Positions 49,843 through 64,000 of a DNA stretch of 64,000 nucleotides are shown one piece after another. The stretch spans positions 96,278,640 to 96,342,639 of the forward strand of contig NC_068982.1 in assembly GCF_001194135.2 (NCBI RefSeq). The letters run 5' to 3'. The notes under the pieces were generated by a model. That model worked only from the letters and a program-made list of their open reading frames with translations. It did no database searches and had not been told where the DNA came from. Both the position numbers and the translations under genes were made by a program. The stretch is from Octopus bimaculoides (lineage: Eukaryota). The stretch's first letter is position 1, and each line of letters opens with the position of its first letter.

Positions 49843-52800
49843 TATTGCAATAAAAGTGCAGTCCTTAATGAGATCTTGAAGGATGAAGGTTTGTGCAGAA
49901 TATGACTGTAGTGAAAGAGAACAGGGTACAAAGCTGGTTCATCAATGAGTTTCCAGTGAAATTGTAACTGATGCAACTAGTTGAATTGGACAAAAAATAT
50001 TCAATATAAGAGGAACATTTATAGACAAAGTATCATAGTCAAGCCTAAGTGGTATCAAATATAGGAGACAGTCTTTCACACATGATAGATTATGTTTATA
50101 ACACTTATGATTTGTTAGTAAACTCCTCCACAGCTCTTTTACCACCTCAAGGAAATACTCTTTAAATTACTTTCTTATATACCTACAACTGTTTTTTAAG
50201 TCTTTCTAGCTCTTTATCTCATGTGAGCTTTTTATGTATACGAGAGCTTTGTGTTTGTATGCATGCACATGTGTGTGGGGGAGGGGGGAGACAGATTCTT
50301 AAGATTCTCTGTCTCTGTCACAGATCCATGTATCAAGAAGAGGCTATGAAGTAACAATGACTCATAGTTACTTTCAGAAAAGAAAAAAAATTCACTTATA
50401 TCACTTCTTACATTATTTACTAAAATATAGATATACACTGAATAAATTGTTTGCCTTCTTTGTAGTAAGAAAAGCCCTACAAGCTACACTCCCACCACCA
50501 ACAACAATAAGAAATGCAAAATTAGTGTTAAGCCAACAAAGTAACTTCTACATGCTCTCTCAGCTTGCTAGAAATAGCAGTGAAATATTCCTTTAATCAC
50601 ACTCTACCATTCTAAAGCTATCTACTGCTGCATTAGTGAAATGTAAATTTAGGGTCACAATGCTTGACCAAAATGGATGGGATGATTATAGGCGGAGCAT
50701 TTTAATCATAGGTCTATTTTGTTAAAACTGTCCTGGATCATAGGTCTATTTTGTTAAAACTGTCCTGGATCAAAACAAAACAACTGAAATAATAAATGTA
50801 AAAAAAATTTAATATATTTTAACTACAGTATTATCCTTTTAGCTAATTACTTTGAACACTTTTGAGGATGTGTTTAGGTGTTTTCTCTAAATGCATTGGA
50901 AAATTTGAGCTTAACAGGACTAAACACGGGCAGGTGCTACTTACAGATATACCCTATATACCTGTCTACTGGAAATAACAGCAAGATCTCTCTTGAATCA
51001 CACCTTACCTTACAAATGGGCACAACATATTAGATAATGCAGAGCTCTAAAAGAATAGTATGGTCATCCGACCCCCCCCCCCNNNNNNNNNNTAATTATA
51101 AATTGGCTGTTGCTTCTGAATAGGATTTTTTTGTTTTAACTCAGCTCCATTAGCTGCGATGATTCTGAAGGATTTCTTTGAAAATGGAATTTTAGCTGAG
51201 AAATACTATGTGACTCAATAGGCATATTCTAGAATCCTTCAAAACTTGGGCTTTGTTAATACAAGTCCTTCTGTATCTATTCAGTTTGTTGTACTTCAAA
51301 TATATTGAAGCCTTTCATTCCCTTTAGAGCATCAACAAACTTTCTCTGCTATTCTCAACTCTGGGCTCTCTTTTCTACCTCCTCTCCCAGGTCTTATTGG
51401 TTTTGAATTATTGATGATCCTGCAACTTACTTTTTTCTAGTTAGGGATATTGGTCCTCTACAAACCCATTTTTACCTCTGGAAAGAGGTAGCCCATATAA
51501 GTCTGACTTTTGACTAGTCCAGCATGGAAGTCCCTATCAGGAATTTGTGCTTCACTGACATAGCTCTCAGAGTCATTGTGTCAGTTTGTTGTGCTTATTC
51601 TAAACTTGGGTGCAAATCTGTTACTGATTGGGGTTTTGGCAAAGATGCTTGTTTTACCTACAATAGTTTGCTATTTATAATGACTATAATCATAATCTGA
51701 GATATTGACAGAAATAGTAGTGCTGTAGTATTTAGTTGTTATTTTGTACCAGGTCAGCACTAAATGAGTAAACTTTGGTCAAAAGCATTCTGACCGTAAC
51801 TCTCCTTTTTTGTGTATCAGAGATTACCATATTTTATGACATAAGATGCAATTTTTTCCAAAAAAGTGTCTTAAAAAATTACCCCTAGTCCTATATGTGA
51901 AGTTTGGCCTCTCATAGTCATTAATGCACTAAAAATTTGTTTTTGCTGAATATGTGCTATTGAAATTAGGGTGCTCTAATACGCCTCTATGTCTTTTATG
52001 TGATCAAATACAGTACATTATACAGTGTGTCCTTCCTTTTTTGAAAGAATAGCATAGCTTTGAGGAAGATTTTATCGCTGTTTCTAAGCAGGTAATGCAA
52101 CTGTATAGAGGCTCCCTATTGCTTCATATAATATTTAGCTTTGGTGTTCATCTCATATTTTAGCCTTCTATGGTTGATATTGATTGATCTTGACTAGTTA
52201 TGGACAGGATTGTAAGTCAATAATTGTAATAATTTTTTTTTTTCTTTTGGTTTGCAAGATTCTTGATGTGAACTTGTGTTGAAACATTCTGTTGTACCTT
52301 AGGAGGGTCATTATGCAAATCATAAACACATGCACTGGTTCTTTTTAACTCCTTTTTTTAATTGCTGGTCAATTTGTTAATGTTTACCTAATTAATTTGG
52401 TTGATTAATCATTCAGTCAATCAATCAATCAACTAGGTTTAGCAAAGCCCATTCATCGCCATTTGCATTCTCATCAATGACCTGCTTTCTCTACTTTGAC
52501 AAACCTAGCTGTTTGATTGATTGACCAAGTGATTAATCAAATAATTGAGTAGTTAATTGGTTAAATGTTAACGAATTTAATAATATGAAGATATATGAAA
52601 TAGAACCAGTGTGTGTGTTTATTATTGGCATTGTGACCTTCCTGAAATACAAAATTATATAATTTTAATCTCATTTGACTACAAAACTAAATCAATTACA
52701 TTGAGGCTGAGGCTATAGTTGAATGAACAGACACCACTATATTACTGGTATTTCATGTATAAACTATTTCAGTAAGGGAATGAGAGGATATGAAATTGAA

Positions 52801-52899
52801 CTTGGAACATTGTAATAACAAACATTTTACTGTTAAGTACCTGTAGTGTTGCAGTGCCTTACCATAAGTGCCTACTAGGGTGTAGTGTAACAAATTGAT

Positions 52900-53220
52900 A
52901 TCAATATTTATGTTTTTAAGTCTGATATTTATTCTTTTGACTTTCCTTTGCCAAACTGTTAAGTTATGGGGATGTACACAAACCAACACCGGTTGTCAAG
53001 TGCTGATGGGATACATAAACATACACACACACTCCCACATATGTACATATATACATGATGGGCTTCCACAGTGTTTCCATCTACTAAATTATCTTACAAG
53101 GCATTGGTCAGCCCAGAGCTATAGTATAAGACACCTGCCCAAGGTGCCATGCAGTAGGCCTGAACCCCAAACCACACAGTTACAAAATGAACACCTTAAC
53201 TGCATAGCCATGCCTGCACC
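52900..53220 (-). mobile_element. Family-1 SINE (diverged)
   Basis: aagacacctgcccaaggtgccatgcagt...ctgaacccc head in reverse orientation. Confidence 0.7.
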
Positions 53221-54360
53221 TCTATAAAAAATTTTTAAAAAATAAAAAAAAACCAAATGGTCATAATTGGAATACCTTTGATCAGAGCTCTGCTCAGTCA
53301 GGGCTAACTTGGGGTATTAGACAGTAGCTAACATCGACCTAACAACAATAATAAAGCACAACAACCAAAACAAAACATGTACTTTATTAACCTTATTTTT
53401 TAAAAAAAGATTCTTTATTTTAACTCTTTATCAGATAGAAAACATAAGAAGCATAAGAACTAGTTGGACAGGTTTTAAAGCAACTTGTAAGCTTTTAAGT
53501 TAGATATACGTTCATAAATAAACTTGATATGTGTATGTGACTGTAGAAGTGTGTGTGTGACCTTATGTGTACATATATATATAATCACTTATATATATGT
53601 TTGCATATATATATATATATATGTATGTATGTATGTATGCATTACATACATGAATCTCTTGCAGTATGTTGTTTGTTGTATAGTTTACATGTTGTAAGGT
53701 ATTATAAGTATCTTAATGTATTTTTATACTTTAACTTCATTTTTGTTATCCCACACTCACACACATCTATAAATATCAGGTCCAGAGCACTGTAACTAAA
53801 ATAGTCTTTATGTAATTATAAACTCATTCTGCAAACTTTCATTAATTCTTCTCAGTGTACTAAAAAGAGACCAACTACCTATTCAATTTAAAACACTAGG
53901 TTATTTTTGTTTTTCATATGCATACATGCATGCTGACATACACATGTTTATATATGCATACACTCCACACACATATGTATATGTGCATTTGATTGTACAA
54001 GCAAGAAAAAGGCTACACAATTGCAATAGTTTACTCTCTATTCACAGGTCATGCTTCACACTGTTGCTATTCCAAGTTTCTCATAACTAGCATCTTGAGA
54101 AATGTGTCTTTTATAAGTAAATGTTTTATTGACTGCTATGTGAAATGAAGCATGTTGACATAAAATATCATATGTGTAGATATAATGAAATGCAATAGAT
54201 TTGAACTCCTGGTCATGAGGTAGTAGTTCACAACATTATCCACTTGACCATTTTGTCTCTACTTATAATCAACAAGTTTAAGATAATGTGGAACTGAATT
54301 TCTGGTGATGATGTTGATGGAAATAAATGTTTATAACCTAAGATCTGTCTGTCTGTTTAT

Positions 54361-56316
54361 GACGCTGAGGGGCATCCCACAAGAGCTGTGATGCGGGAGG
54401 AGCATGTCTGCATACACGGACGATGTCACCATCATAGTGTCGAACCACAGGCATATCGACCTGGTCAGCGAGACACTAAAAGAATATGAAGCAGTAACGG
54501 GAGAAAAAATTAACCGGGAAAAGTCAGTGGCCTTGCGGATTGGCACCTGGAGAAGCAAGCCCATGCCATCCAACAGCGTCTCCATTGTGGGACGCTGGAC
54601 CAACGGACCGGTTAAAATGGTCAGAGTCTGGTTCGGTCCGGACCTCCCAATGGAGAAGAACTGGGGCGAGATAACGACTAGGGTGGCCACTCTTACCCAG
54701 CAATGGGCCGAGAGGAAGCTATCCCGAAAAGGTAGGGCGGAGGTGACGAATGCGTTCATCAATTACCGTCTAACTGTTGTGCCTTGTCCTGACCCTACCA
54801 TCACTAAACTGGAATGCATACTCTTCCGCTTTTTGTGGAAGGGAAACGTTCCGATGGTTAGGTGATCCATTTGCTTTGCTGTCAACACCCACTAAATGGA
54901 GGGCTAGTCATGTCATGGTTGATGATGTGCAGATATGTGCTGAGACTGTGACATCTCCGGCACTTCATAGACGACGGTGAACAGGTGCGGTTGCCATTTG
55001 TGTGGCGCACTTTCCTGCAGCTCGTTTCTTTGGCCAAACTGCAGTCGTGGGTCAAACAGAGACCGAGGCTAGGCAAATGGCACCGCGAGTGCTGCCTTGT
55101 TCTCAAGCAACTCTGTCGTCTGGGACCAAACTTGTGCAACTTCAACTCCACAAAGGCATTATATAGAGGATTAGTGGAGGGGTGGTGCGACAACATTCTT
55201 GGGCAGAATCTGGGCGTTGACGAATGAGGAACACCTGACCCACCTGTTCAGGACAACTTTTGGGCCGGGACTTATGGACAATCACCAAAGATCCCTGGCC
55301 TGGCAGTNNNNNNNNNNNNNNNNNNNNNNNNNNNNNNNNNNNNNNNNNNNNNNNNNNNNNNNNNNNNNNNNNNNNNNNNNNNNNNNNNNNNNNNNNNNNN
55401 NNNNNNNNNNNNNNNNNNNNNNNNNNNNNNNNNNNNNNNNNNNNNNNNNNNNNNNNNNNNNNNNNNNNNNNNNNNNNNNNNNNNNNNNNNNNNNNNNNNN
55501 NNNNNNNNNNNNNNNNNNNNNNNNNNNNNNNNNNNNNNNNNNNNNNNNNNNNNNNNNNNNNNNNNNNNNNNNNNNNNNNNNNNNNNNNNNNNNNNNNNNN
55601 NNNNNNNNNNNNNNNNNNNNNNNNNNNNNNNNNNNNNNNNNNNNNNNNNNNNNNNNNNNNNNNNNNNNNNNNNNNNNNNNNNNNNNNNNNNNNNNNNNNN
55701 NNNNNNNNNNNNNNNNNNNNNNNNNNNNNNNNNNNNNNNNNNNNNNNNNNNNNNNNNNNNNNNNNNNNNNNNNNNNNNNNNNNNNNNNNNNNNNNNNNNN
55801 NNNNNNNNNNNNNNNNNNNNNNNNNNNNNNNNNNNNNNNNNNNNNNNNNNNNNNNNNNNNNNNNNNNNNNNNNNNNNNNNNNNNNNNNNNNNNNNNNNNN
55901 NNNNNNNNNNNNNNNNNNNNNNNNNNNNNNNNNNNNNNNNNNNNNNNNNNNNNNNNNNNNNNNNNNNNNNNNNNNNNNNNNNNNNNNNNNNNNNNNNNNN
56001 NNNNNNNNNNNNNNNNNNNNNNNNNNNNNNNNNNNNNNNNNNNNNNNNNNNNNNNNNNNNNNNNNNNNNNNNNNNNNNNNNNNNNNNNNNNNNNNNNNNN
56101 NNNNNNNNNNNATAAACCTAATCTTGCTCTTTACGCTTCTCAAATTTTTCTGTGATACACGATCCCTTTTGACTTTTTTTTTTGCCATCTTTTCTCACGA
56201 TCCCTTTCATTAAAATTTTATTTCTCTCTTTTTTTATTTTTCTAGTTTCAAAAAGAAAAACTCTACATTGTATTTTGTCCCCTCTGTGTTCGGCCCTGTG
56301 TGGCTAATAAAGAAAC
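54361..56316 (+). mobile_element. 5'-truncated Tx1/L1-clade LINE (RT domain to 3' UTR), partly in a gap
   Basis: MSAYTDDVTIIVS...YEAVTGEKINREKS...GVWFGP-like...W.ERKLS.KGRAEV...LFRFLWKG (ORF 54404..54865); 3' end cctctgtgttcggccctgtgtggctaataaag followed by (TATC)n. Confidence 0.88.
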
Positions 56317-57282
56317 TTATCTATCTATCTATCTATCGTCAACACTTAGCATCTGTTTTCCATGCTGGCTTGGGTTGGATGGCTTGGTAGGAACTGGCAA
56401 AGCCAAGGGTCTCACCAGGTCCTATAGTCTGTTTTGGCTTGGTTTCTACAGCTGGATGCCTTTCCTAAGGCCAACCACAAAGATAGATAGATAGCTTTAT
56501 ATGTATGTACATATTGTGTTTGTGTACCCTTGTCTGGACATCACACGATGGCTTTAAATGTGCACATGTGGTTGTTTGTTTCCAGTTTTCCATAGAAAAC
56601 ATGGCTGGTTATGGGAAAATATTACCTTGCTTGGAAAAAGTGATGGTTGACAACAGGAAGGGCATCAGGCCATTGAAAATCTGCTTTAACAAATTCTGTC
56701 TGACCTGTGTACGACTGGAAAAGTGAATGTTAAATGATGATGAATGATAATGATAGCCACAGGACCACAGATTTCAAGGGATGGAGCAGTTAATTATTGA
56801 CTTTTGTAAAATGAAGAACAAAAATAAACGTTGGTGGGAGCTCAGTGTGTAAAGGAGTAAAACTAAATAATGGTGATGGAAATATTAAGAGTGGTTGCAG
56901 TGGTTATGACAATGAAGTGATGGTAACTTGAAATTTAATGAAGAGTATTTAAGTTCCTTCTTTTGCCACAAGTATTTATTTTACTCTCATGTGTATTTTA
57001 TTACATGAGTGATGAAAGATTGACCAGGCTCTTATTTCATTTTGTATAAATTAAACTAAAACTCTACTATTCTGTCTAGTATACATTCTCCCAACTATAC
57101 ACCCAGTAATCTAATTCTAAAATTGTATCAGTTGTTGTTGTTTTTCTTTATAAGTTAGTCAAATAACTAACTTGTTAAATGTCCTTTTACCAGTGTATTT
57201 GATACAGGTGATGTTCAGTTTGAGTGTCATTTGTCAGTTGGTGTATGCAGGGAGAAATGTAAGCACAGTGGAATATCTAGAA

Positions 57283-57598
57283 CAGTAGTTCTCAACCTTT
57301 TGATTATTGTTTTATTGTTGTGAACCCTCATACCTATTTGACATTTAAAACCTAGTTTTGTAGATAGTTCTTTCAAGATTCCACCTTTGTTTTTCACTCC
57401 CTTATGTAGGTTGAACTATGTAAAACATTAGAAAATGAAACATAGTTGTTTCTTGCAACAAATACATCAAAATCAAAAATTTTCATGGACACTTAAAATG
57501 CTACTGTGGATCTCCAATTTACTAATATGCTAGTGTGGACCACCAAAAATCTTATATGGACACCTAGGAGTCATACAGACCCTGGTTGGGAACCACTG
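57283..57598. mobile_element. hAT-Charlie MITE
   Basis: TIRs cagtagttctcaacc / ggttgggaaccactg; 8-bp NTCTAGAN flanks atctagaa / gtctagag. Confidence 0.85.
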
Positions 57599-59194
57599 GT
57601 CTAGAGTGTTGCAGATCTTGAGAAGAAAGATTAGGAAAAGTATTGAGGTATAGGATTTGGGGTTGGGTGTAAACATGAGGGTGTTCGGAAGTGGAGATAT
57701 GGATGTGTTGGGTGGACCATTGTAGTAGTGATAAAAAAAGGCAGGAAAATGTAATGACTCCGTAAGGGTTTTTGTAATTAATGCCAAAATGTTTGCTAAA
57801 CTTTTTTTTCTACTCAACTATTTTGTAACTTAACATTTTCTATGTAGTGTACCATATTGAAGTGTTTCTTTTTTAGTTATGATAGAGCCACTGCAATTTT
57901 GGAGCAATAATTTTACAAGAAATCTGTTTTATATTAAAGCTTTGTTAAAATATGCCATGAGTGTTGATGTCCTGTGAACTTTCTTTTGTGTTGGTGGAAA
58001 GAAGTTTTATTTTACCAGACAAACAAACTTTGTATATGCATGCTGTGTCATGTTGCACAAATGTTTTGTCCCTTAATTAAAATGACATAAGAGTAATGAC
58101 AAAGATATTTGATACAAACCTGAAAAGTTTCAGAAATTCACAATAACTGAGAGGTTACATTTGTCCTGGTGGCATTAAGAATTATCTGAGGGATAGCAAG
58201 AAAGAAAAAGAAAAGAAAGGAAAATAACTAAAAGTCAAAAAGATTTAGAAAAGAACTAGGTTAGTAAACATAAAAGACTGCCTGCTTGTAGGCTAGATGT
58301 AAAATCTAACCAAACACGAAGAGGTTTCATGCCAAAGCGGCAAGATACTGTCATACACACATTACAGACATGAAAGCTGTGAAATGTTATAAAAGATGTG
58401 GCTTCATTGAATGTAGAGTTACTTTAGGGCTTCTCAAGAAAGAACAGATATGTAGATATGTGTGGTCAAACAGAAATGATAGTATGTCTTGTTGAGACTG
58501 ATTTAACAGATCTATAATCAATCTTCCAATTGTGACCAACCTGTCTTATTGTATATCTAGGATTTCATTATCTAATGTGTCCTTCCCATTTTAACATAGT
58601 AGTTATAGGGGAAGGGGTTAGCTGCTGTTTTTAGCAATTCAAGCAGCCACATTGAAGCTTCCACATTGGCTTAACATAATATAATGCACTATACATTTAG
58701 TGAATGAACACAGGTAAAAGTAACCTTTTCGTCTTCCTGTATAAGTCATCTTCTCTAGTGTTAGTAATTTGAGCAATCACATTGAAGCTTCTGCATATAT
58801 TATGTCACTATATGTAGCTAACTGTAAGTATATCCTGAGCTATCAGAGTATATGATTTTTATTAGTATTTCCAATGTTTTACTTTATCCTTTCTGAGTTG
58901 AGAAATAATATCCAGTTGACACTATAACCACATCCTATGAAATTGACAAAATTCTGCTTATGCTGGAAATCTTTGTTATTTTCTTCGCAGCCCTGTTTGA
59001 TACTAACATTGGAAGTCAATTTGACATTCTGGGTGCATATTATTGTACTTTCTATCATTCCACTGGCACTAGAGTGGTTGTCCTATGTAGAATGACCCAT
59101 TGTAGATGGGTAACCTGTGATGTGACTCGTTCCAATTTTGACATGGTTTCTACATCTGGATACTCTTATCTTATTTCTTTACTGTCCACAAGGG

Positions 59195-59400
59195 GTTACA
59201 CACAGAGGGGACAAACAAGGACAGACAAACGGATTAAGTCGATTATATCGACCCCAGTGAGTAACTGTTACTTATTTAATCGACCCCGAAAGGGATGAAA
59301 GGCAAAGTCGAATTTGGTGGAATTTGAACTCAGAACGTGAAGACAGACGAAATACCGCTAGGCATTTTGCCCGGCGTACTGATGTTTCTGCCAGTTCGCC
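59195..59400 (-). mobile_element. Family-3 SINE
   Basis: gaccccgaaagggatgaaaggcaaagtcga...tttgaactcagaacgt is the reverse complement of the family core. Confidence 0.8.
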
Positions 59401-59589
59401 ACCTTTTACCAACCACTTTAGGGAGTTTACAGGGTGCATTTTATCAAGCTGCTGACTCTAGAAAAGTTGACTCCTGCAGTAGGATTAGAAACCCCTTTCT
59501 ACTGTCTGCCCATTCTTATTTGGAATTACTGCCTTCTTCTTTACCACGGTCAACTTTTTTACTGTGTATATTGTTATTTTTGGTAGGTT

Positions 59590-60010
59590 CCTTAGTTTCT
59601 TACTGCTGAATATGTTCCTGTCACCAAACCACTTTACAATAGGGATTGGTTGTATTTTATCATGGTTCCAATTTAGAGAGTTACTCCAGGACTTTTACAG
59701 TTTACTGGGCAGCCATTTCAATCCGAGATAGATGGGCATGTTCCTTCTGATATGGAGGTATAGAGTGTCTTGATGGTACTAGGTAGAGGGTTAGGAAATT
59801 TAACTTCCAAGCTTTTTATCCTGGAGGAATTCTTAGATATGAATATTCTTACTTAAGAAATATTTTTATTGACAACTGTTTCAAAACTTCTTAGAAATAG
59901 CAAAAGGATGTAGATGTGTCATTTTCTCATCAATCTTGTACTTCTTTTATTGTTGTGATCTTTGTTTAGCCATAAGGTCATCTCTGACTATAGTTCTATA
60001 ATCAAACACT
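59590..60010 (-). mobile_element. Possible very decayed Penelope-type RT fragment
   Basis: Weak motif echoes only (RDD.L, LNFL, LY..I....P.I) across stops. Confidence 0.25.
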
Positions 60011-63000
60011 CTAGCTGTTACTATCCCATTTTTTGTACACATACACACTATCTAGAACTGCATTATCCAATATAACTTTCATGTTTGAAGATGATATGAT
60101 ATAATTTGAGGGAGGTTTTGCTCCTATGCCTAATAGGCTGACCCAAAGCATCTAGGTTCCCTTGTTGGTTCATGTGCTTGTTTTGATGATAGTTATGTAG
60201 TTTCAGTATGTCAGGTTTTGATTGCCCCCTTTGTACCACCTCACCAGTGGTTGGCATTAGGAAGGGCACCAGCTGTAAAAACTATACCAAAACATACAGT
60301 AGAACTTGACGTAGTCTTTTGACTTTCTAGTTCCTGTCAAACCATCCAACCCATGTCAACGTGGAAGGAAGATGTTAAATGATGATGATCATGATCATGA
60401 TCATCATTACCCTAATATTTGTTTCTTCATGCTGACATGGGTTAGATGCATCCACAGCACAGCCTATTTCCAGGAAGGACACTGAAAACCAGTACTATTA
60501 TAAGTTATATATATGCACATGCACATACAAACATCACATCTGCTTACACACAGCTCTGTAAACACACAGAGATATAAACAAATTATTATCTTATCGTTAT
60601 CACTCTTCTCATGCCTGATTGTGTATCTAGTTAGTCATTTATATATAAGTCTCTTCCATTCTTATTATCTAAAAGAGCAATGAAAAGTTTAATACACATA
60701 CATAAACAGATAAGCAAATAAACCATATTTTACATTCATGTGAAAGTTATTAAAATTCCATTGCTGTCATTATAAAAATGAAAATTAGATTTCCTAAATT
60801 TTGAATTACTATGATAAAAACTGTTGAAAAATTAATTTTCAATATCATAGTAAATCTCAAAGGATTTATTATTAAAGTTTCTAAGACAACTTTTCCAGCT
60901 CTGTGCATTTAAAATAAATCATATACTATTTTACAATCTATGTCTTTTCCCAAGTCAACTTGGATCCTTCTTATCCCATCCTATATGTGACTACATGTAG
61001 TTCTATGATGCAAAACTTCTCATTCTAAAGTGTTTCTATGTGATTTAACAAGTTCTAGTGTATCAAACACTGATTTCTTCAAATTCTTGATTGTCTTTAA
61101 AATCAATTTGAATACAATATGTTTTGTTAAAAATATGGTTGGAAAAGATTTAAAGAAACTGACATGGAACCAAATAGAATTCTTATCTCTAAAATAAACT
61201 GCAAACATGTGTACAATTTCTCCAGTCAGAATATAATATGCTAGGAATGTATGTTGTATGATAGTAAATATCCCCTTGACATAGCTCTTTATATGTAAAA
61301 TATTTTGAATCTTCTACAGTATACATTTTTCTCAACTTCATTATGTTAAACAGATGCTACCTGAGAAAAAAATAGACTTTTTTTGTTTAATGATGATGAT
61401 GATTATATATATATATATATATACATACATATGCATGTATGACATTGTTAGAATTTTATAAAATTCAAGTGAATGTGATATAATACTTAAAAAATTTTTT
61501 TTTTTTTTTAACATTGGCTCTTGAAGCACATCACACATAGTTCTTTTTATATAGCTGTAAATATCAGTACGTAAGTATTGGGTGAAAACATTTTTTGGAT
61601 AGCAATAACCTTTGACTTTTTCTATCAAAAAACGGTTTTTCAATCCTTATTTATATGCTCTTATTTATAGCTTTATGTGATGTGCCTTGATATCCAATGT
61701 TAACCATAAAAAAACAAATAGACAAACAATGTATACCAGCCACTAAATAACTACTGAAGGTGAAATTTGCTTACTGCTACTGTCTTGATATTTGATGGTA
61801 GTTGTTATAAGGAAGGGTATCAATCTGTAAAACACCAAATGTTAGCGTTTTACTGGCAAATATTCAAAATTGCAAACTTGTCCACCACTCCAGTGCATAC
61901 CAAGAATGAAAATCTGAATGAGGTGTGTGTGTGTGTGTTGGTGTAAATGTCTGCATGATGTAGATTTTGGTATGCAAGTTATTGAGAAAGGATCTAATGT
62001 TGTTTTCATGGTTGTAGGGAATGGGTTAAATTCTGAGCATTGTTTACAAGAGTGGTATTCGGTATTCATTAATATCTTGTCATTCTTACTACTAAACAAT
62101 GTTTTGAAGTTTGGAAGCATTTCTGAAATGATGAATGGCAAAAAAAAAAAAAAAAAAAAGGAAGAATAAAATAGGAGAAAAAGAAAAAATAAGGAAGCAC
62201 AGAGTGGCAATAAGAAAACAGAATTCTAATCTTAACAAAGACAAACTTACATGACAATATCTGGATCTGATTTGCATCCTTATTTTTTCCTAAACAAATG
62301 TCAGAACAAGAATTTAACAGTCTAAGCAATAGAAAGTTTGTTTCTCTCTCTTTGCAATTTTACATCATTTTTCTGTAAAGGCTTGGGTGGGTTAGTTTAT
62401 GTTGCATCAGTCTGTTTCTTCTTAGAAAGCTTTCGCCAACCTAAACTGAGAAGTTTAATGATTTGAAAGTATTTGAATGATTGACAGTTAGGGTTTGTCA
62501 CAAAGACCGTCCACACTTTATAATGGTGCATTGTGATACAATTTAAGATTTAAGGTATGTCCTCTGTTCTTAAGACAGTAAGATATTTAGAAGATTCATT
62601 ATTGACCTGATGCACTGTTCTTAGTTAAAGTAGGTCCACTTTGCATTCATGTTGTACTCATGCAAACTAGTTACATGGAGATAGTCAGTTGAATACTGAA
62701 GAGCAAGATCAGGCTGTTCTGATGCCATGCTGCACATTTTATTATGCTTGAGTTGTGTTAAGTTAGAGCATGTTGGATCTATTTTACAATGAAGTAATAG
62801 AGAGTATTAGTTTTTTAAGATTGTCTTCCTTTACCTTATTATTACAAATTAGAAACCAAGATTTTCAGTAAGCAGTTATGTAAGGTGAAATAAGGACGCA
62901 AATATAGTTATAATACTTCATATTCAAATGGTTAGTTATGATATGCATACATTCTAAGAGAATGTAATAGGCTGAAGTTAATGTCCAAAGACAAATATAG

Positions 63001-63236
63001 CAATAACTGATATTCCTATCAGTTATTGCCTCATTATCATCTTATATTTCAATTATCTACACAGAAGCTATAGTACTCCTATAAATGTATATTGTTATCT
63101 GCAGTTTTCTTTCTGTGTTTTATTTTATGACATAAATCTTGAGATCTTCCAGTGCAACTTCACCAAATATTTTTTCTGTGCCTTATGTGGGTCTTGTATA
63201 GTGTGAACCCAGTAACTAGGCTATTTCTTGTTTGAG

Positions 63237-63278
<42 letters not shown>

Positions 63279-64000
63279 ATATATAAATGGCAATTTCTGC
63301 CTGTCTGTTATCATCTTGCTGCCCAACCAGGGAACCAATCTTCACTAAACCATGTATAAATGTTGAACTACATCCAGTTCAATTATCGGTTAATTGGATT
63401 TCAATAAAAATTGATAATGGACCGACTATGGGGGTTGGGCTATTTATTACATGATAAAATGAGACCTGTGCAAAAGTGTTAAGTTCAGGGAAATGTGGCA
63501 TAATGAGGGTGGTTGATATCAGGGAAGGGGAGGAGACAGGAAGTGATAGACACACAGGAAATGTGAGAGACAGAGAGAATAACAGACATGAACATTTCCA
63601 TATATATAAAAGAGAGTTTGTGTGTGTGCACGTGTACATGCATCTTCCTTATGCATTAAAAAACTGAGTTGCTGATTTTGATGTATGCAGTATCAAAAGA
63701 TTTAGTAATCTTTCAACTACCAAATAAACTTTATTTTCATTTATATATTTGTATTACAAAAGTTTTATATTATAATCTTTTCTATAAGTCAACTATCATA
63801 AACATTTTATACCACAACGATAACATCACATTTTCTACATGTTTGTGTACCTTAAAAGACATCCATTTCTCTATATGTTATGAGGAAATATAGTCACTCA
63901 CTCTCTCACTCACATGCATGTGCACACATATATACAAAAAAGATACATGTATATATATTTATGTATGTGTATATGAAAGATGTGTGTGTGTGTGTGAGGC

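Noticed and set aside
51431-51477. Strong minus-strand acceptor and donor pair
   Set aside because: All three frames contain stops; at most a non-coding or poison exon, with no other support.
46775-57258. Scattered plus-strand acceptor/donor pairs (46775, 46939, 48545, 51142, 57208)
   Set aside because: No consistent phase chain; such signals are common in T-rich DNA.

Overview
AT-rich, repeat-dense eukaryotic scaffold with 8 N-gaps; the SINE and RTE-tail families look like those of Octopus (my recognition, not a search result). Most of the window is intronic or intergenic DNA filled with (TA)n/(CA)n/(TCTA)n microsatellites, three tRNA-derived SINE families, RTE, Tx1/L1 and jockey/I-type LINE relics, a truncated Gypsy, four Tc1/mariner-superfamily transposons (D34D, DD36E, DD37D), and hAT and piggyBac MITEs. 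Short minus-strand exons with compatible phases (about 33-48 kb, and 2.5-7.3 kb) point to one or two multi-exon host genes I cannot name. A CpG-retaining 22.7-31 kb domain looks like a promoter region. Two things stand out. First, ORF1-only (half-LINE) Tx1-like retroelements, two of them inserted in tandem at the same nucleotide of a tRNA-derived SINE with nested 9- and 14-bp target-site duplications, and one sharing a covarying 3' stem-loop with an RT-coding Tx1 copy. Second, several inverted-repeat elements carrying minimal hammerhead-ribozyme motifs of the Penelope-LTR type. Nearly all supplied ORFs are microsatellite or N-gap artefacts or TE fragments.
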